Shown piece by piece: positions 61,201 to 64,000 of a stretch of 64,000 nucleotides of DNA; the stretch's first letter is position 1, and every line of letters starts with the position of its first letter. The DNA is from Pecten maximus (taxonomy: Eukaryota). The notes beneath the pieces were generated by a model. It was not told the DNA's origin. It worked only from the letters and a program-made list of their open reading frames with translations, and did no database searches. The translations under genes were made by a program, and so were the position numbers. Location of the stretch: contig NC_047024.1 in NCBI RefSeq assembly GCF_902652985.1, forward strand, positions 15,748,001 to 15,812,000, read 5' to 3'.

Positions 61201-63411
61201 ATGTCAGATGCAGGTTACATGTTCGATACTTGTTACGATACCTGTTGGTTGTGATGTAACAGAGATGTAGGTTACATGTTCGATACTTGTTACGATACCT
61301 GCTGGTTGTGATGTCACAGATGCAGGTTACATGTTCGATACTTGTTACGATACCTGTTGGTTGTGATGTAACAGAGATGTAGGTTACATGTTCGATACTT
61401 GTTACGATACCTGCTGGTTGTGATGTCACAGATGCAGGTTACATGTTCGATACTTGTCACGATTCCTGCTGATTTAAAATCAAAATATAAAATTAATTAC
61501 TTCTTTCAGTAACTCAATGATCTTCATTGGTTTTAAACAGACAGGAATCTAAGTGATAATAAAATTATCTTTTGAAGAAATTATTTGATGATAATAAAAC
61601 TTGTCTGGTCTGTTTACTACTCAAATCTGTCAACCTAAAGTTGGTCAGTTTTCGGACAATTATTATTAAATTGTTTCAATCTAATTGGCAGATGACTTCT
61701 GCTTGATAACATTGTTTCAATCTGATTGGCTGATGATTTCTGCCACCAGGACCTTGTGTTTCTGTTGGAGACGACACCATTGCGTCAGTCCGAGGCATCG
61801 CTGTACCACACCGTACAGATCTTGGTGGAACTTACTCGCCACGACTCGGAGGCCTTCAGTGGAAACTTCACTGAGAGATGGTGAGTCCATTGCAGGCTTT
61901 TGTTCGTATTTTGTGGAATCCATGCTTACTGGAGGTTTGTTTTGTGATTTTATTAATTAGAAAATTGATCCTCTGAAAAAATATTCAAAAGAATTTTCCA
62001 GTGAGTAAATATCAACTATGTTTAAGAGATTAATTTCCATAATTATTTTGATAAATTTCTTGGTTCATCTTTTATACAAATCTTTATTTGAATTACTTTG
62101 TTTCAGCCCTACATCCAGGTTACCCGTAGTTGGCCTTGCTTATAAGGTTTGTATCAAGCCCAACTGGTGATGGTGAAATGTGATGTTGTGAAAATAGTTG
62201 TTACAAGTCTGTTGGATGGATTAAGTCTTCCAATCATAACCACTGACCCGATTTCATCCGTCTCCTTAACTGAAAGAAATTCCTTCATTTCAAATTTTCT
62301 ATAGGAAAACACATTAGGTATTTGGTTTAAGGAAAAACGTCTTATAGCCAACATGTGTGATTGATATAGGTTTATGACTTATTTTACAATTGTTTATAAT
62401 TTTAAAAAATACCAGTGGTTTTAGTAAAATGACAGATGATTTTAACCTTTCCCATCACTATTTGATAATGAACTATCACCTGTATTATGGTTGTCTGTTT
62501 TGTGTTTCAGGGTCTTGGGTTCCTGTGCCTTCCCCTACATAACCATGTTGTGTCCTTGTTCCATGAAGTAAGTACAGAAATATGCGAGAAGTTTCTTGGT
62601 TAACAATGTCTCTGGCTTCTTTTCAGGGCTTTTTGGCCCCATTTCCAATTGAAATTATTTCATATTTAAGCCAAATTCCCAAAATTTTCAGTTTACTCAT
62701 GAAAAAAACTTTCCCAACTCACCAATTTTCTTCCCAAAATGAATGAGAAAAAGCCCTGATGTCATATTGCCTTAATGAAAGTATCTTTTTAAACATATTT
62801 TGACCAACTTCATATCATGTATAAAGTATGAGAATACCTCAAACAGGTTCATGTTTCGGTTGCCAAGGTCACTGTTACTATTTACATATGGCTTTTAGCG
62901 GGATATTTCAGTGGGTATAGTTGGCTCGCTAGGGGATTTGTATCGCTTGTCATGCCTTCTTATGATATTTGGAGGACATTGCAGGTGTGTAGATAATTCA
63001 AAACTGTTTTAGGCTGTTGAGTATACAACATTCCTCTGTATTGTATATTTCTGTATAAATTCAGGAGGAAAGAGAATAAAATAGTAATTCAAATATCTTG
63101 TTTCAGTCAAACAAACCAGAAACTTTTACATGAAGATCATAATCATTTTTGATTTTTTTTTTTTTTAACAAGGTTAGATGTTTGCAAGTTGGTCATTAAA
63201 ATGATTCATATTTAGATGAGAAATATTTGTGAAAGACGTGATTTGAAGTGTAGCGGTATTGTGTCAACTTAGTTTTTTTTTTTCCGTCTAGCTCTGTAAA
63301 AACCTCCTGCAGAATCTTCTCATGTTGATTGGAGAAAACAAGGCTGTGGCAGCCACTGCTATCCCCAAACCCTGTTCAGGTCACAGCGAACCACGCAACA
63401 TCCTTCATCTG
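55296..63411 (+). CDS. NCAPD3: Condensin-2 complex subunit D3, 5' part (continues beyond the window)
   Basis: Exons 55296-55359, 56045-56209, 56871-56956, 57548-57623, 58497-58574, 59461-59561, 60400-60489, 61750-61880, 62107-62146, 62511-62567, 63292-63411; GT-AG, phases consistent. DWVKSIWDSDFTD, FWTVLVENDIQH, YLKLLAVPGSSAFNVFHPVLYEK and LAYKGLGFLCLPLH match the CAP-D3 N-terminus as I recall it. Confidence 0.9.
58877..59064. mobile_element. MITE-like element with CAGGGCTTTTT-type termini; a related element lies at ~62624-62758
   Basis: CAGGGCTTTTTCT ... AGAAAAAAGTCCTG, and CAGGGCTTTTT ... AAAAAGCCCTG. No clean target-site duplication seen. Confidence 0.55.
59604..59919 (+). mobile_element. 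Non-autonomous Helentron-associated (HINE/pearl-like) element; a related 5' end lies at ~8998-9170
   Basis: Starts TTTAGCTCACCTG, has a subterminal inverted copy CAGGTGAG and a 3' hairpin GGCCCTCTGGGCC, and ends CTTGTT. Confidence 0.65.
60511..61471. repeat. Minisatellite, 55-bp unit (GATACTTGTTACGATACCTGCCGGTTGTGATGTCACAGATGCAGGTTACATGTTC)
   Basis: About 17 copies starting ~20 bp after an NCAPD3 donor. Confidence 0.95.
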
Positions 63412-63626
63412 GTATGATCTTCTGTGTTTTCCGCATTTGTGTTATAAAAGTTAAGATATATTGAGGCCAAAACCATGTGTTTAAAAGTAGTTGGATTCAT
63501 GTTTGTGAGTTGAACATTTTTTGTCCATAGGACCAATTCCTTGTGCGAATTGTTTCTCCCCAACTTTAGCCTAGACACCTGAAATTTTCTATTTTACTTC
63601 TTCATGCATATCAAACATAAAGTAAA

Positions 63627-63918
63627 GGGGCCTCGATAGCTCAGTCGGTTAGAGTGTTGGTCTACATAACCTCAGTTGAAGTTTGGAGTTGTGTGGATTG
63701 ACTCTCCTTACCCATGATGGTTTGTTTTTTCTTGGGAAGATGAGAAACAGACCAGTATATGCTGATGTGAGTTGTGTCCTTGGGCAAGACTCTTTGCACT
63801 GATGCCTCTAGACGGCATGACACAAGAATTCTGTATGGTGTTCATTGAGGTGGTCACCATCTACTACAAGGATACCCTGAGTGTTCATAGGGCAATAGGC
63901 CCAGCAAACAAACTAAAC
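63627..63918 (+). mobile_element. tRNA-derived SINE with CORE-like central motif
   Basis: GGGGCCTCGATAGCTCAGTCGGTTAGAG tRNA head, GTGTCCTTGGGCAAGAC central motif, (AAAC)n tail. Confidence 0.75.
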
Positions 63919-64000
63919 AGTTAATAATATTTGGTATAAGAACATTTTAGTCTGTTAATGGTATTTTTACTAGTTTGTCTTCTTGATAGGTTGGTTGTCC

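Overview
AT-rich, intron-rich animal genomic DNA; the repeat families suggest a bivalve mollusc (inference). There is one assembly gap at 1551-1682. Genes I could splice by hand: three complete tandem paralogues of the oxidoreductase HTATIP2/TIP30 (+, 5 coding exons each), an intronless SOCS-box protein with probable beta-propeller repeats (-), a 12-exon GCAT/kbl (-), and the first 11 exons of condensin II subunit NCAPD3 (+), head-to-head with GCAT. Introns and intergenic DNA carry many minisatellites, a decayed mariner, a LINE RT remnant, tRNA-derived SINE-like elements, MITEs and a Helentron-like element. The most striking feature is a 49-bp satellite whose whole unit is a hammerhead ribozyme: 16 copies at 13.75-14.52 kb (+, about 8 with intact cores) and 10 mostly decayed copies at 23.76-24.24 kb (-). 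A palindromic stem III lets neighbouring units complete each other, which predicts self-processing into 49-nt monomers or circles. A separate variant-core minimal hammerhead lies in sense orientation in an HTATIP2 intron. No ribozyme activity or expression can be shown from sequence alone.
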